A stretch of DNA of 64,000 bases from Gemmatimonadales bacterium (GCA_038208015.1 JBBQZF010000001.1:770-64769), one strand, 5' to 3'; shown: positions 1-9,370, counted from the first letter of the stretch. A program made the numbers and translations. The notes: generated from the letters alone by a model not told the origin.

Positions 1-1
1 A

Positions 2-169
<168 letters not shown>

Positions 170-173
170 GGAT

Positions 174-824
174 TCAGGAAAACCATTCCTCCGGGTTGGT
201 CCGCTGCTGGCCTGCGGCAGCGATGATCCAGTGTTGCGAGGGGTCGCCCGAAGCCTCATCGGCTACACGATCGAACCATGCGTGTGCCTGCACGAGATCA
301 CCGATACGCCGCCAAAGCTCGCCAACAAGGTAGGTGAGAACCGCGCGCTCCTCAGCGGGCACGGCATCATACTTCGCCAGCGCACTCTCGAACGCCCATG
401 CTGCGTGTCTCCGGAAGTATCGCTCCGCCTCGACATCTCCCTCGTCTACACAACACCATGCAGCACGCAATAGAAGGTCGGCTATGTGGCGATCTTCGAG
501 CCCCTGCCATTCAGCGACCTTGGCCGCTGCCTCGTATTTAACGGACCCGGTCGTAACCCAGGGGCCACGGGGGGCGAGCTCGTTCAGCACGTGTTCCTTG
601 AGAAGCGGGCTTATGTCTGCTTCATGGGTGAAGTCCGCTTCACCACCTGAATATCCGCATCCATCACAGGTGTGGATCTGGTACGCCAGCGGCTGCGTCC
701 CCGCCGCTCGTTCGTGAAAATCCGTCCTTTTCCCGCCGAAGGCGTTGGTGCTCGCCACCGCCTGAGACTGGAAACTCTTTCCGCACACCGGACAACTCAA
801 CTCGATCAGGCGCAGCGTAGTCAT
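174..824 (-). CDS. hypothetical zinc-ribbon plus helical-repeat protein (DUF2225-like)
   Basis: 216-aa ORF. N-terminal CPVC...CDGC cysteine pairs are followed by a helical region. The family name is recalled from architecture only. Confidence 0.5.
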   Translation of the reverse strand: MTTLRLIELSCPVCGKSFQSQAVASTNAFGGKRTDFHERAAGTQPLAYQIHTCDGCGYSGGEADFTHEADISPLLKEHVLNELAPRGPWVTTGSVKYEAAAKVAEWQGLEDRHIADLLLRAAWCCVDEGDVEAERYFRRHAAWAFESALAKYDAVPAEERAVLTYLVGELWRRIGDLVQAHAWFDRVADEASGDPSQHWIIAAAGQQRTNPEEWFS

Positions 825-982
825 TGCTCCCTCGGCACGACTTTCCGAAGCGAGAGAGGAAATTATTGTGCCATACGAATATTTTGGGCTCGTTGATTAT
901 CGCTCTTGTTGGAAATTTCATGTGAAGGTATTTTCTCGCATCCTTCGAGCGCGCCGCGCTCCATCTCACACCGCGAACCTGG

Positions 983-1927
983 TTGTTGATGCTGATCAAC
1001 CTGCTGCCCGACTTCTTCGCAGTCCTGAACAGCACCGATCGCATCGCGGCATACCACCGCTACTTCGACACCCACCGCAGTCTCCTCGAGGCGTACTGGG
1101 AGAATTACGTCGTCGCACCGGACAGTCCGCACTTTTCTGAAGTGGTCAAGTCGGCAGCGCTTGCCGGGCGCACTGACCTTCGGACCATGCTCGAGCGGAT
1201 TGACGTAGTTACCCTTGCCCGTAATGCCGAGGATCAGTGCCGGGCTCTTCTCGAGGTCGACTCAGACATCGATGTCGTGCTGATGGTAGGCGTCGGCGCC
1301 GCTAACGCCGGGGAGCTCGTAGTAAGCGGTCGCGGAATCGCATTTGTCTGTCTCGAGCATTTCACAAGCGTCGCCAATCCCGAGACTCGAGGACTTGGTC
1401 TCGATCCCGAGTTGATCCCGCTCTGGCTTTCCCACGAGATCGCCCACGCTGTCCGGTATACGTCGCCGGCAAGCAGGAGCGAAATCAAGCCGATCATCGA
1501 CGAAAGTGATGGTTACTACTCGTACTGGGAGACGGGAAAGCGCGCTACCCTGCGTGAGCTCCTGATAAACGAGGGCATCGCCGTTCAGGTCTCACGCCTT
1601 ATCAGTCCTGGCCATGCCTCGTGGGAGTATTACGGATACGACCGACGGGAGTATGCCCGGATTCGGGAAATGGGACCGGTGGTGGCCAGATCACTCCTCG
1701 GCAACTTCGACAAGGCGGGCCTGGGGCTGCGACTCAAGTATCTCTCTGATGGAATGAGCGAGGATGCACGCCGCGTTGGAGACTATGTGGTTCCTGACCG
1801 GTGCGGGTACTACATCGGCGCACGCATGGTCGAACACGCAATTGTCACCAAGGGCGCTGCCTGGACAGTGCGAGCCGGAGCTGGCGATATTGCTTCACTT
1901 ACCGGTGAAGCACAGGCCACAGCGTAG
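983..1927 (+). CDS. putative zinc metalloprotease (HExxH; DUF2268-like)
   Basis: 314-aa ORF with LSHEIAHAVRY (HExxH) and a downstream NEG motif. No signal peptide seen. Confidence 0.5.
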   Translation: MLMLINLLPDFFAVLNSTDRIAAYHRYFDTHRSLLEAYWENYVVAPDSPHFSEVVKSAALAGRTDLRTMLERIDVVTLARNAEDQCRALLEVDSDIDVVLMVGVGAANAGELVVSGRGIAFVCLEHFTSVANPETRGLGLDPELIPLWLSHEIAHAVRYTSPASRSEIKPIIDESDGYYSYWETGKRATLRELLINEGIAVQVSRLISPGHASWEYYGYDRREYARIREMGPVVARSLLGNFDKAGLGLRLKYLSDGMSEDARRVGDYVVPDRCGYYIGARMVEHAIVTKGAAWTVRAGAGDIASLTGEAQATA

Positions 1928-1938
1928 TCCGTTTCGTT

Positions 1939-3321
1939 CTACTTCCCTACACAAAACGAGCTGAATACCCGGTCGAGCACGTCCTCGCTGCTGACTGCGC
2001 CTATCAGTGACTCGAGCGCTGTCGTTGCCGAACGCAGGTGAACTGCAGCCACCGGGGCGGGAAGGCGCCCCTCCTTCCACGCATCTGCGAACGCGGCAAC
2101 CTCCTCACGCGCCTGCCGGATCCCGTGGATGTGCCTGCTCCGTGTGAGTACGGGCATGTCGGCAACAGCAGCTCCGACAGACGATGTCAGACAGCGGTCG
2201 ATCTGTGTCATCAGCTCAGTGAGCCCGACGCCAGTTTCAGCGCTTACGTTAATCCGTTCCTCCGATGGCTCCTCCCCGGAAGGGTCGCTGAGGTCACTCT
2301 TCGTCCGTACACCCAGGATCGGTGCAGTCGTTCTCCCCTCGAGTGCCTTCATCGCCGAAACTACCGACGCTTTGCTGTCCCCACAGGCAAGCACCACATT
2401 GGCCCATCGTAGATAACGCTCGCTTACCTCAATTCCGAGACGCTCGACAACGTCGCTGGTTTCCCGCAATCCGGCGGTATCGACAAGCCGTAGTGGCCAG
2501 TTTGCAGTTTCGACAAAGCTCTCTATCGCATCTCTTGTCGTACCAGGTATCTCCGTTACGATGGCGCGGGATTGCCCCAGGAGTGCGTTGAACAGGGAAG
2601 ACTTGCCCACGTTCGGCTCGCCAGCGATTACAACGACAGCGCCTTCACGGATCATCTCCCCAACCGGGACGGTCGCCAGGAGTGCATCCAGTGAGATGAG
2701 AAGAACTTCGACCTCCGTTGCGATGCTTTCCCTGTCGATCGGGCCATCGTCCTCCTCCGGGAAGTCTATGTCGTAAGCAATAAGCGCTTCCACGGAGATC
2801 AGATTTTCGCGAAGCTTTTCTATTCGCCGGGAAAGTCCTCCATCCAGCTGCCCCACCGCTGCACGGTGCATTGCTTCCGACCGGGCATCGACCATATCGC
2901 CGATCGCCTCCGCCTGTACTATGTCGAACTTTCCATTCAGGACTGCCCGTCTCGTGAATTCTCCGGGTTCCGCAGGACGGGCACCGCATGAGACGAGGGC
3001 CGCCATGATCGCAGTCGGTACGTAGAGACCGCCATGGCCCGATATCTCGACGAGGTTTTCACCCGTGAAAGAATCAGGCTCGACGAACACCGTTACGAGA
3101 GCCTGGTCAATCACGCGTGACTTGCCGGCATCGATGATTCGGCAAAGAGTCGTACGCCGAGTCTCGAGTGGCCATGGATGGGCTACACGTGATGCAATGG
3201 TCAGGGCATCCCGCCCGCTCAGGCGCACCACCGAGATGGCACCGCGTCCCGGAGGTGTGGCAAGCGCGACTATCGTATCCTGCCCGCCGGGAATGTTCGC
3301 CAGGGGTGCAGACATGCTCAC
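1939..3321 (-). CDS. mnmE: tRNA modification GTPase MnmE
   Basis: 460 aa. G-domain motifs GEPNVGKSSLFN and DTAGLR, and the C-terminal CVGK tetrapeptide typical of MnmE/TrmE. Confidence 0.95.
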   Translation of the reverse strand: MSMSAPLANIPGGQDTIVALATPPGRGAISVVRLSGRDALTIASRVAHPWPLETRRTTLCRIIDAGKSRVIDQALVTVFVEPDSFTGENLVEISGHGGLYVPTAIMAALVSCGARPAEPGEFTRRAVLNGKFDIVQAEAIGDMVDARSEAMHRAAVGQLDGGLSRRIEKLRENLISVEALIAYDIDFPEEDDGPIDRESIATEVEVLLISLDALLATVPVGEMIREGAVVVIAGEPNVGKSSLFNALLGQSRAIVTEIPGTTRDAIESFVETANWPLRLVDTAGLRETSDVVERLGIEVSERYLRWANVVLACGDSKASVVSAMKALEGRTTAPILGVRTKSDLSDPSGEEPSEERINVSAETGVGLTELMTQIDRCLTSSVGAAVADMPVLTRSRHIHGIRQAREEVAAFADAWKEGRLPAPVAAVHLRSATTALESLIGAVSSEDVLDRVFSSFCVGK

Positions 3322-4106
3322 TCCGGCGTTCCGGGAAGCTCGAATGACATGCCCGGTTCGAGAATGCGGACGTCAGCATGCCGGGCATGGCTCGGTAGCT
3401 GGTCTCTCAGCCGGTCAATGGCATCATGCGCACGTGATGTCACGTGGTGAAAGGTTCCCCAGTGGTAGGGGATGAGGTAGCGGGCCTGAAGCCGGTCGAA
3501 GAATGTGAGTGCGTCGTCAGCCGTCAGGTGGCCCTTCCTGAATCCCGACATCTTCCACCACGGCGCATGGCCGATGGGCAGGAGGGCCATATCCAGGCGC
3601 CTGCCCGCCGGGGAAATGTGTTCGTCGATCATGCGCGTGCTTGTCGGGACGAGCGCGGTATCACCCGCAAAGAAGCACGACATGTTATTAGTATCAAATA
3701 GATACATATTGGTGGCGCTTCTCCACCGGTCCACGCCGTAGCGCTGCCCCATGTGCGTCGCTTCCGCTGCCTGTACCCTCACGTCTCCGCTGGTGATTGT
3801 CTCACCCGGTGTAATCGCTGCAGCGGTGGGATGGCCAAGCCGGTTCAGCCATTTCGCCACCGGGGGTGGGGCGAAAATAGGGACGTCCCGGTGAAGGCCC
3901 GCCAGCGAAGCAAAGGAAAGGTGATCGGCATGCGCATGCGTCACGAAAACGGCGTCTATGTGCGGCAACTCGTGCAGCGGTATCCCTGGCGCGCGCACCC
4001 TGGGCAGCAGCATTCCGAGGGAGGCGTCAAAGTTGGGGTCGGTGAGGAATGTCTGCCCACCGATCTCTATTAGTAGCGTTGCGTGACCAATATATGTTAT
4101 CCGCAC
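3318..4106 (-). CDS. MBL-fold metallo-hydrolase
   Basis: 262 aa. HAHADH metal-binding motif and N-terminal MRITYIGHATLLIE typical of the beta-lactamase fold. 4-nt overlap with the mnmE start. Confidence 0.8.
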   Translation of the reverse strand: MRITYIGHATLLIEIGGQTFLTDPNFDASLGMLLPRVRAPGIPLHELPHIDAVFVTHAHADHLSFASLAGLHRDVPIFAPPPVAKWLNRLGHPTAAAITPGETITSGDVRVQAAEATHMGQRYGVDRWRSATNMYLFDTNNMSCFFAGDTALVPTSTRMIDEHISPAGRRLDMALLPIGHAPWWKMSGFRKGHLTADDALTFFDRLQARYLIPYHWGTFHHVTSRAHDAIDRLRDQLPSHARHADVRILEPGMSFELPGTPE

Positions 4107-4116
4107 TCGCCGCTCG

Positions 4117-5784
4117 TCATTTCTTCTGCCGCGCTTTCAGCCTTTCCCTTGCGAGGAGCCATTGCTGCGGCAATGCCGCGATGTTCTGGGACGTGTAGTA
4201 GAGATTGAGCCCGGAAGCCATGTTTGCCAACACAAATGTCATCATCACCGGGAACATGTACATCATCATCTTTGCCTGGGGGTTGGGCGGCGCGTTTCTC
4301 AGCCCGATCCACGAGAGTACATACATCGACGCCCCCATGAGAACAGGGAGGATGTAGTACGGATCCTTGACGGAAATGTCAGCCAGCCAGAGAAACGGCA
4401 CTCCCCTGAATTCGATGGTGTTCTGGAACACGAAGAAGAGCGCGAAAAGCACAGGCATCGGTATGAGCATCGGGAGGCAGCCCGACAGTGCCGTGAAAGG
4501 ACTGGTCCCGGACTCCTTGTAGACGCGCATCATTTCCTCGCGCTGTCTTTCCGGCTTGTCCTTGAACTTCTTCTGCACCTCCGCCAGCTGTGGCTGAATT
4601 TCCTGCATCTTCAGGCTTGCACGCATCGCGCTCTGGTTGAGGGGCCAAAGAGCGATTCGTATCACGACCCCGAATATCACGAGAACCCATCCATAGCTGA
4701 GCGCCAGGTTTTCGTGCATCCAGAGAAGCAGCTTGATAACCAGGGCCGCAATCGGGTTCACAACTGGCTGGAGAAAGCTCCAGCCATAAGGGTTCACGTG
4801 ATCGAAGTCCCTACCCAGCGCGATGAGTTGTGTTGACTGCTGCGGACCGACGTACATGTCGAAAGCAAAAGTCCCATCCCTTAATCCCCTGACGAGTGTT
4901 GCCGACGCGTGGGTGGCAGCTTTCGAAGTCCGCGGTCCGCCGGTCAGTGTCACTTCCTCGAACGTACTTCCCTCGGGGTTAACCAGACCAACAACGAAGT
5001 ACTTGTTCCGAACGGCAGCCCATATAAGCGGCCCTGGTTCCAGCCTCTGCTCACCCGGATCGAGTTTTCCAAAAGGAACGCCCCGGGCATTATCCCTTGT
5101 CGTCTTGAACGAGTACGCGAGAGTGCGCAGATCTCCCAGCGTGTCTGCTTCAGTTGCCGGAAGAGTTGAGGGAAGATCGACCAGGAGAAAGCCTGTGGTG
5201 CTTCCCTCGACCCTTCCAGCGATCTGCAGGACATATCTGTCCGGAACTGGCGTGTATGAGATAGTTACGTCAGCGCCATTTACGGAGGCGCGGTATGTCA
5301 ACGTCTCGCTGCCTTGAGATCCGGATCGGCTCGAGGAGAAAGACACGCCCATCAACGAAACAGTATCGCCTTGCATCACCAGCGAGTATTTCAACAACGG
5401 GTCGCCCGGGTTCGCGAGCTCAACCATCTGGCCAATTCGGGCCGGGGCCAGACTCTGATACTCGGTAAACGCCACCCCCGCTGGAACAGCCCCCGTGGTG
5501 GAGAAGATGTAAGTGGACTTGTCCGTGCTTACCGTATCGAACTTTTGTACCAAAACTTCGGGACCTGCTATTCCGGAAGCTGCCGGCATACTGCTATCCG
5601 CAGCTGCAACGGCTGGTGTGTCAGTCCCTGCAATCGCAGAAGGCGGAGCCCGGGTCGGCACAACAGTGGTATCAGCGCCTGCAGGCACAGTCGAAGCTGT
5701 GGGCCGAGGTGTCGGGAAAAGAATGGGCGTGACTGCGACAACCAGCGCAGTCAGGAGCAATGCTATTGAGAGTCTTTTATCCAT
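4117..5784 (-). CDS. yidC: membrane protein insertase YidC
   Basis: 555 aa. N-terminal TM, a large periplasmic domain, a C-terminal 5-TM core with a basic tail (RERLKARQKK), and synteny with yidD-rnpA-rpmH. Confidence 0.93.
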   Translation of the reverse strand: MDKRLSIALLLTALVVAVTPILFPTPRPTASTVPAGADTTVVPTRAPPSAIAGTDTPAVAAADSSMPAASGIAGPEVLVQKFDTVSTDKSTYIFSTTGAVPAGVAFTEYQSLAPARIGQMVELANPGDPLLKYSLVMQGDTVSLMGVSFSSSRSGSQGSETLTYRASVNGADVTISYTPVPDRYVLQIAGRVEGSTTGFLLVDLPSTLPATEADTLGDLRTLAYSFKTTRDNARGVPFGKLDPGEQRLEPGPLIWAAVRNKYFVVGLVNPEGSTFEEVTLTGGPRTSKAATHASATLVRGLRDGTFAFDMYVGPQQSTQLIALGRDFDHVNPYGWSFLQPVVNPIAALVIKLLLWMHENLALSYGWVLVIFGVVIRIALWPLNQSAMRASLKMQEIQPQLAEVQKKFKDKPERQREEMMRVYKESGTSPFTALSGCLPMLIPMPVLFALFFVFQNTIEFRGVPFLWLADISVKDPYYILPVLMGASMYVLSWIGLRNAPPNPQAKMMMYMFPVMMTFVLANMASGLNLYYTSQNIAALPQQWLLARERLKARQKK

Positions 5785-5994
5785 TTACGGGACCGGATCG
5801 AACCCTCCCGGCCTAAAGGGGTGACAACGTGCGATCCGACGGACCGCAAGCCAGCTGCCTGAAAGCGCGCCATGCTTCTCGATTGCCTCTATGGCATATG
5901 CCGAACAGGTTGGATAATAACGGCATGAGGCCGGCAACAATGGTGAGATCCCGAGCTGGTAGCCCCGGATCAGTGCAATCAGGATTTTTCTCAC
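5785..5994 (-). CDS. yidD: membrane protein insertion efficiency factor YidD
   Basis: 69 aa. [19 protein letters not shown] and CHPF motifs. Abuts the yidC start. Confidence 0.9.
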   Translation of the reverse strand: MRKILIALIRGYQLGISPLLPASCRYYPTCSAYAIEAIEKHGALSGSWLAVRRIARCHPFRPGGFDPVP

Positions 5995-6326
5995 CTGGCC
6001 GTAAGAAGCCTGGATATCAGTCCTTCCACTTCATCTCTCAGCTGATCGAACGTTGCGTCGTAGCCGGCCGGCAGGGCTCTCACCATCATGTCCAGTCCGC
6101 CAATCCGGGGAATTAACCTTGTCCGGGTAAGCTCGCGAAGCCGCCTTCTCAAGCGGTTCCGTTCCACTATTGTGTGCCCATGTTTTCCAACCACGACTGC
6201 AACCCGCGGATGTGAAAGCAGGGAGGCGAGTGCCCGAACATCGAGGTGCTCGGTACGCAGTCGTCTCCCTGCTCGTTTAACCTTTTCCAGGTCTGATTCC
6301 CGCGTGAGCCTGTGGCTACGCGGGTA
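5991..6326 (-). CDS. rnpA: ribonuclease P protein component (start codon unresolved)
   Basis: The frame ending at 5991 reads [65 protein letters not shown]..., which is RnpA-like including the RNR-basic motif. The only canonical start is GTG 6192-6194 (the 67-aa track ORF). Homology extends to about 6326 with no ATG/GTG/TTG upstream. See findings. Confidence 0.8.
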   Translation of the reverse strand, partial: YPRSHRLTRESDLEKVKRAGRRLRTEHLDVRALASLLSHPRVAVVVGKHGHTIVERNRLRRRLRELTRTRLIPRIGGLDMMVRALPAGYDATFDQLRDEVEGLISRLLTAR

Positions 6327-6336
6327 GCCGTAGCCC

Positions 6337-6501
6337 TTAGGCGCCGGCGTACTTGCTCGGCAGCCTGACCGTCAGCTGCTTTCTCCCCTTCTTCCGGCGG
6401 CGACTGAGAACCTCTCTACCCCACCGTGTTGACATCCTTTCCCGAAATCCGTGTGAGCGAATTCGTCGCTTGTTGCGGGGACGGTAGGTTGGCTTACCCA
6501 T
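6337..6501 (-). CDS. rpmH: 50S ribosomal protein L34
   Basis: Hand translation of the minus strand gives [54 protein letters not shown] (54 aa). This is below the ORF-track size cutoff. Classic position upstream of rnpA. Confidence 0.93.
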   Translation of the reverse strand: MGKPTYRPRNKRRIRSHGFRERMSTRWGREVLSRRRKKGRKQLTVRLPSKYAGA

Positions 6502-6607
6502 AAATACTCCAAATTGCCTATTTAAGCGTTATCGAAAACAGCCCTAAAACTAACCCCTGCTAGGAGATAGGTCAAGACGCGTAAAGCGTTGTGTCCGGAT
6601 GGCCTGA

Positions 6608-6636
6608 TTGACTTTTCCACATTGTTGGGCTACGGT
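6608..6636 (+). promoter_or_regulatory. candidate dnaA promoter with embedded DnaA-box-like 9-mer
   Basis: TTGACT (6608-6613), 17-nt spacer, TACGGT (6631-6636). TTTTCCACA at 6613-6621 has one mismatch to TTATCCACA. The dnaA ATG is at 6648. Confidence 0.35.
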
Positions 6637-6647
6637 TTGCCTCCCCT

Positions 6648-8042
6648 ATGTCACTCACGCCTGCAGAAGCCTGGAAGAGGTTACTCGATCGAGCCCGCCA
6701 GGACATCCCCGAACAAACTTTCCGAACTTGGCTCGAGCCGACTGAGGCGCTCAGTCTGGACGGAAATGTCATCGCCATTGGAGTTCCTGATCAGTTTGCG
6801 GCTGATTGGAACGAGTCAAAGCACTCAGAGCTCTTTTCCAGCTACGCGCCGATCGCCCTGGGCCATCCGATAAAGGTGGTTTTCCGGGTCAATGAGGAAC
6901 GAAAAAGGCGATCTCAGATGGATTTCTTTGTCGCGCCACCACCTGTCACATCTGCGACAGCTCGGAGCCACAATAACGCCGGTTCAGCCCAATTAAGCGA
7001 TCGGTATACTTTTGACCATTTCGTAATTGGAAAGTCGAACGAGTTGGCTGCAGCTGCTGCTCATGCCGTTGCGCAGGCTCCCGGCAAGGTCTACAACCCT
7101 CTTTTCATCTACGGCGCTACGGGTTTGGGGAAAACTCATCTCATGCAGGCCATTGCTCACGATATTCTCGACAGAAATCCACAAACTCGAATCACATTTG
7201 TCGGCACTGAGCAATTCACCAATGAGTTGGTGGCAGCAATTCAAACCCGGACTAATGCAGCTTTTCGGCGACAGTACCGGGAAACAGATCTCCTGCTTAT
7301 CGACGACGTTCACTTTCTCAAGGGAAAAGAGGCCACACAAGAAGAGTTTTTCCACACATTCAACGCCCTTTACGAGGCTGGCCGCCAGATTGTCTTGACA
7401 AGCGATCGGGCACCCTCTGAAATCGCCGGCCTCGAGGGCAGACTCGTCAGCCGTTTTCAGTGGGGAATGGTTGCCGACATAGAGTTGCCTGATTTCGAGC
7501 ATCGCGTTGCCATTCTCAAGCAGAAGGCACAAATCGACCACCTCGAGCATACGATTCCTGATGATGTAATCCGCTTCATCGCAGAGAATGTGAGGTCAAG
7601 CGTCCGTGAACTGGAAGGTTCGATTATCAAGCTTCTGGCATATGCTTCCCTGAAACATCAGGAAATTTCGGTCGAAGTCGCTCGCGAAGCGCTTCGTGAC
7701 AAGCTTAAGGGAAGCGATTTCAACGGAGGTGGGGCCTATCAGTCTTCTCTCTCGGTTCTCAGCATTCAACAAGTTGTTGCACGGGAATGGGGTGTGACGC
7801 CGGAAGGCCTTCGTTCAAAAACCAGGACAAAGATTCTGACACTCCCCCGACAGATCGCCATGTTCCTCACCAGAGAGCTTCTGGGAACCCAGCTCATGGA
7901 AATCGGAAACGCTTTCGGCGGCAGAGACCACTCAACCGTCATCCACAGCATTGAAAAAATCACCGTCGCCGTTAGCGCTGATCCTTTGTTCAAAACCCGC
8001 GTTGATAAGGTCCGCTCTTTGTTGGAAGCATCTCGCCAGTGA
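6648..8042 (+). CDS. dnaA: chromosomal replication initiator protein DnaA
   Basis: 464 aa. Walker A GATGLGKTHL, Walker B LLIDDVHF, sensor regions and the C-terminal DNA-binding domain (FGGRDHSTVIHS). Confidence 0.97.
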   Translation: MSLTPAEAWKRLLDRARQDIPEQTFRTWLEPTEALSLDGNVIAIGVPDQFAADWNESKHSELFSSYAPIALGHPIKVVFRVNEERKRRSQMDFFVAPPPVTSATARSHNNAGSAQLSDRYTFDHFVIGKSNELAAAAAHAVAQAPGKVYNPLFIYGATGLGKTHLMQAIAHDILDRNPQTRITFVGTEQFTNELVAAIQTRTNAAFRRQYRETDLLLIDDVHFLKGKEATQEEFFHTFNALYEAGRQIVLTSDRAPSEIAGLEGRLVSRFQWGMVADIELPDFEHRVAILKQKAQIDHLEHTIPDDVIRFIAENVRSSVRELEGSIIKLLAYASLKHQEISVEVAREALRDKLKGSDFNGGGAYQSSLSVLSIQQVVAREWGVTPEGLRSKTRTKILTLPRQIAMFLTRELLGTQLMEIGNAFGGRDHSTVIHSIEKITVAVSADPLFKTRVDKVRSLLEASRQ

Positions 8043-8240
8043 TCCACATCACATACTTTTGAGGATTCCTGAAGAGCTTCAGCTCTTTCACGCACCGCGA
8101 GTCAACACTGGTGACAATAGCGGAAGTCTTGCTGATGCAATAACTTCTGGCTCTCGATCAACATCTCCACGTACTCTACTACTGCTACTGGTTTTGTCTT
8201 TAATAGACTGGTTGTAGTAACTCCGGCAAACTTGTCAACA
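8040..8240. other. candidate oriC segment (degenerate DnaA boxes, period-3 array, AT-rich stretch)
   Basis: In order: TGATCCACA 8040-8048, GAGTCAACA 8099-8107, ATCTCCACG 8163-8171, CTACTACTGCTACTG 8176-8190, AT-rich 8191-8220, TTGTCAACA 8232-8240. Located in the dnaA-dnaN spacer. Confidence 0.35.
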
Positions 8241-8257
8241 ACAGGGAAAGATCTGGA

Positions 8258-9370
8258 ATGCGTCTTACAATCTCTCGTGAGAAGCTACAGGAAGGGCTAA
8301 ACGCCGTTGCCGCAAGCATTCCAGGAAAGACAACCCTGCCTGTCCTGGCGAACATCCTCGTGGAGACGACTGAACGAGGGATAAAGCTTTCCGGGACAGA
8401 TCTTGATATCGCGGTGAGCACAGAGGTCGCCGCGGACGTTGAGACGCAGGGAGCTGTGACGATTCCGGCAAAGAAGCTTTCAGAGATCGCTCGTGAGCTA
8501 CCTCCAGCTCCGGTAAAGATCGCCGCTGTCGGAGAGCAGAGAATTACGCTGGAGTGTGGAAGGTCACGGTTCAAGTTGCTTGGGCTGCCGCGGGATGAGT
8601 TTCCAACCTTTCCAGCAGTCCGTTTTGATGGCACCTGGAGAATACGGTCGGGAGACCTCCAGAAGTTGATTTCCCACACTGCGTTTGCGGTGTCAACCGA
8701 AGAAAGCCGACCTATTCTGAACGGAGTTCTGTGGGAGCTCCGGCCGGACAGAATGAGCATGGTGGCCACGAACGGGCATCGATTGGCCAAGATGAGTGTT
8801 CCGGTAACCGCGGACAGTGCTCCGTCCAACGATCTTATAGTGCCGCCGAAAGCTTTGGAGCAGGTACGCCGGCTATTTCCGGCCGAGGAAGAGCTGGAGA
8901 TCGGGAGAGGAGAGAACCATATAGGATTTAGGTCTCCTTTCACCTCGGTCTTTACGAGGCTGATCGAAGGGCCGTACCCGAATTACGAGCAGGTGATTCC
9001 CAAAGACAATGACCGGGTTGCTATCGCAGACAAGGGGGCCCTGGTGAGCGCCCTGAAGCGGATGTCTGTCGTCGCGTCGGATCAGACACACCGTATTCGT
9101 CTTTCCTTTAATTCGGGGATGCTGAAGTTCAGCGTGCAGACGCCCGATCTTGGTGAAGCTCAGGACGAGCTTCCTGTTCGGTTCAGCGGTGATCAGCTCG
9201 ATATTGGGTTCAACGCCAGCTATCTGCTCGAGATCCTTCGGTATATCCCAACCGATGAGGTGAGGATCACCCTCAAGGCTCCTGAGCGTGCCGCGACGCT
9301 GGAGCCCGAAGCATGGGCCGATCCCTCGACGTACCTCTGCCTGGTAATGCCGTTGAGACTTGTCGATTGA
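8258..9370 (+). CDS. dnaN: DNA polymerase III subunit beta (sliding clamp)
   Basis: 370 aa. Typical N-terminus MRLTISREKLQEGL and C-terminus LVMPLRL. Directly downstream of dnaA. Confidence 0.97.
   Translation: MRLTISREKLQEGLNAVAASIPGKTTLPVLANILVETTERGIKLSGTDLDIAVSTEVAADVETQGAVTIPAKKLSEIARELPPAPVKIAAVGEQRITLECGRSRFKLLGLPRDEFPTFPAVRFDGTWRIRSGDLQKLISHTAFAVSTEESRPILNGVLWELRPDRMSMVATNGHRLAKMSVPVTADSAPSNDLIVPPKALEQVRRLFPAEEELEIGRGENHIGFRSPFTSVFTRLIEGPYPNYEQVIPKDNDRVAIADKGALVSALKRMSVVASDQTHRIRLSFNSGMLKFSVQTPDLGEAQDELPVRFSGDQLDIGFNASYLLEILRYIPTDEVRITLKAPERAATLEPEAWADPSTYLCLVMPLRLVD

Noticed and set aside
868-1140. 90-aa ORF overlapping the start of the metalloprotease gene in another frame
   Set aside because: After a plausible first 25 residues it becomes an Arg/Pro-rich shadow of the 983-1927 frame. 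There is no Shine-Dalgarno sequence and no motif.
4793-4808. parS-like GGTTCACGTGATCGAA inside yidC
   Set aside because: Only about 11 of 16 positions match, and the outer arms that ParB needs are lost. It is probably a chance CACGTG core.
7939-7947. Isolated DnaA-box-like 9-mers: TCATCCACA (7939, inside dnaA), TTATCCACG (10948-10956) and TGTGGATAG (14311-14319)
   Set aside because: These are single, dispersed one-mismatch hits, as expected by chance in 64 kb. They are not clustered and are not counted as origin evidence.
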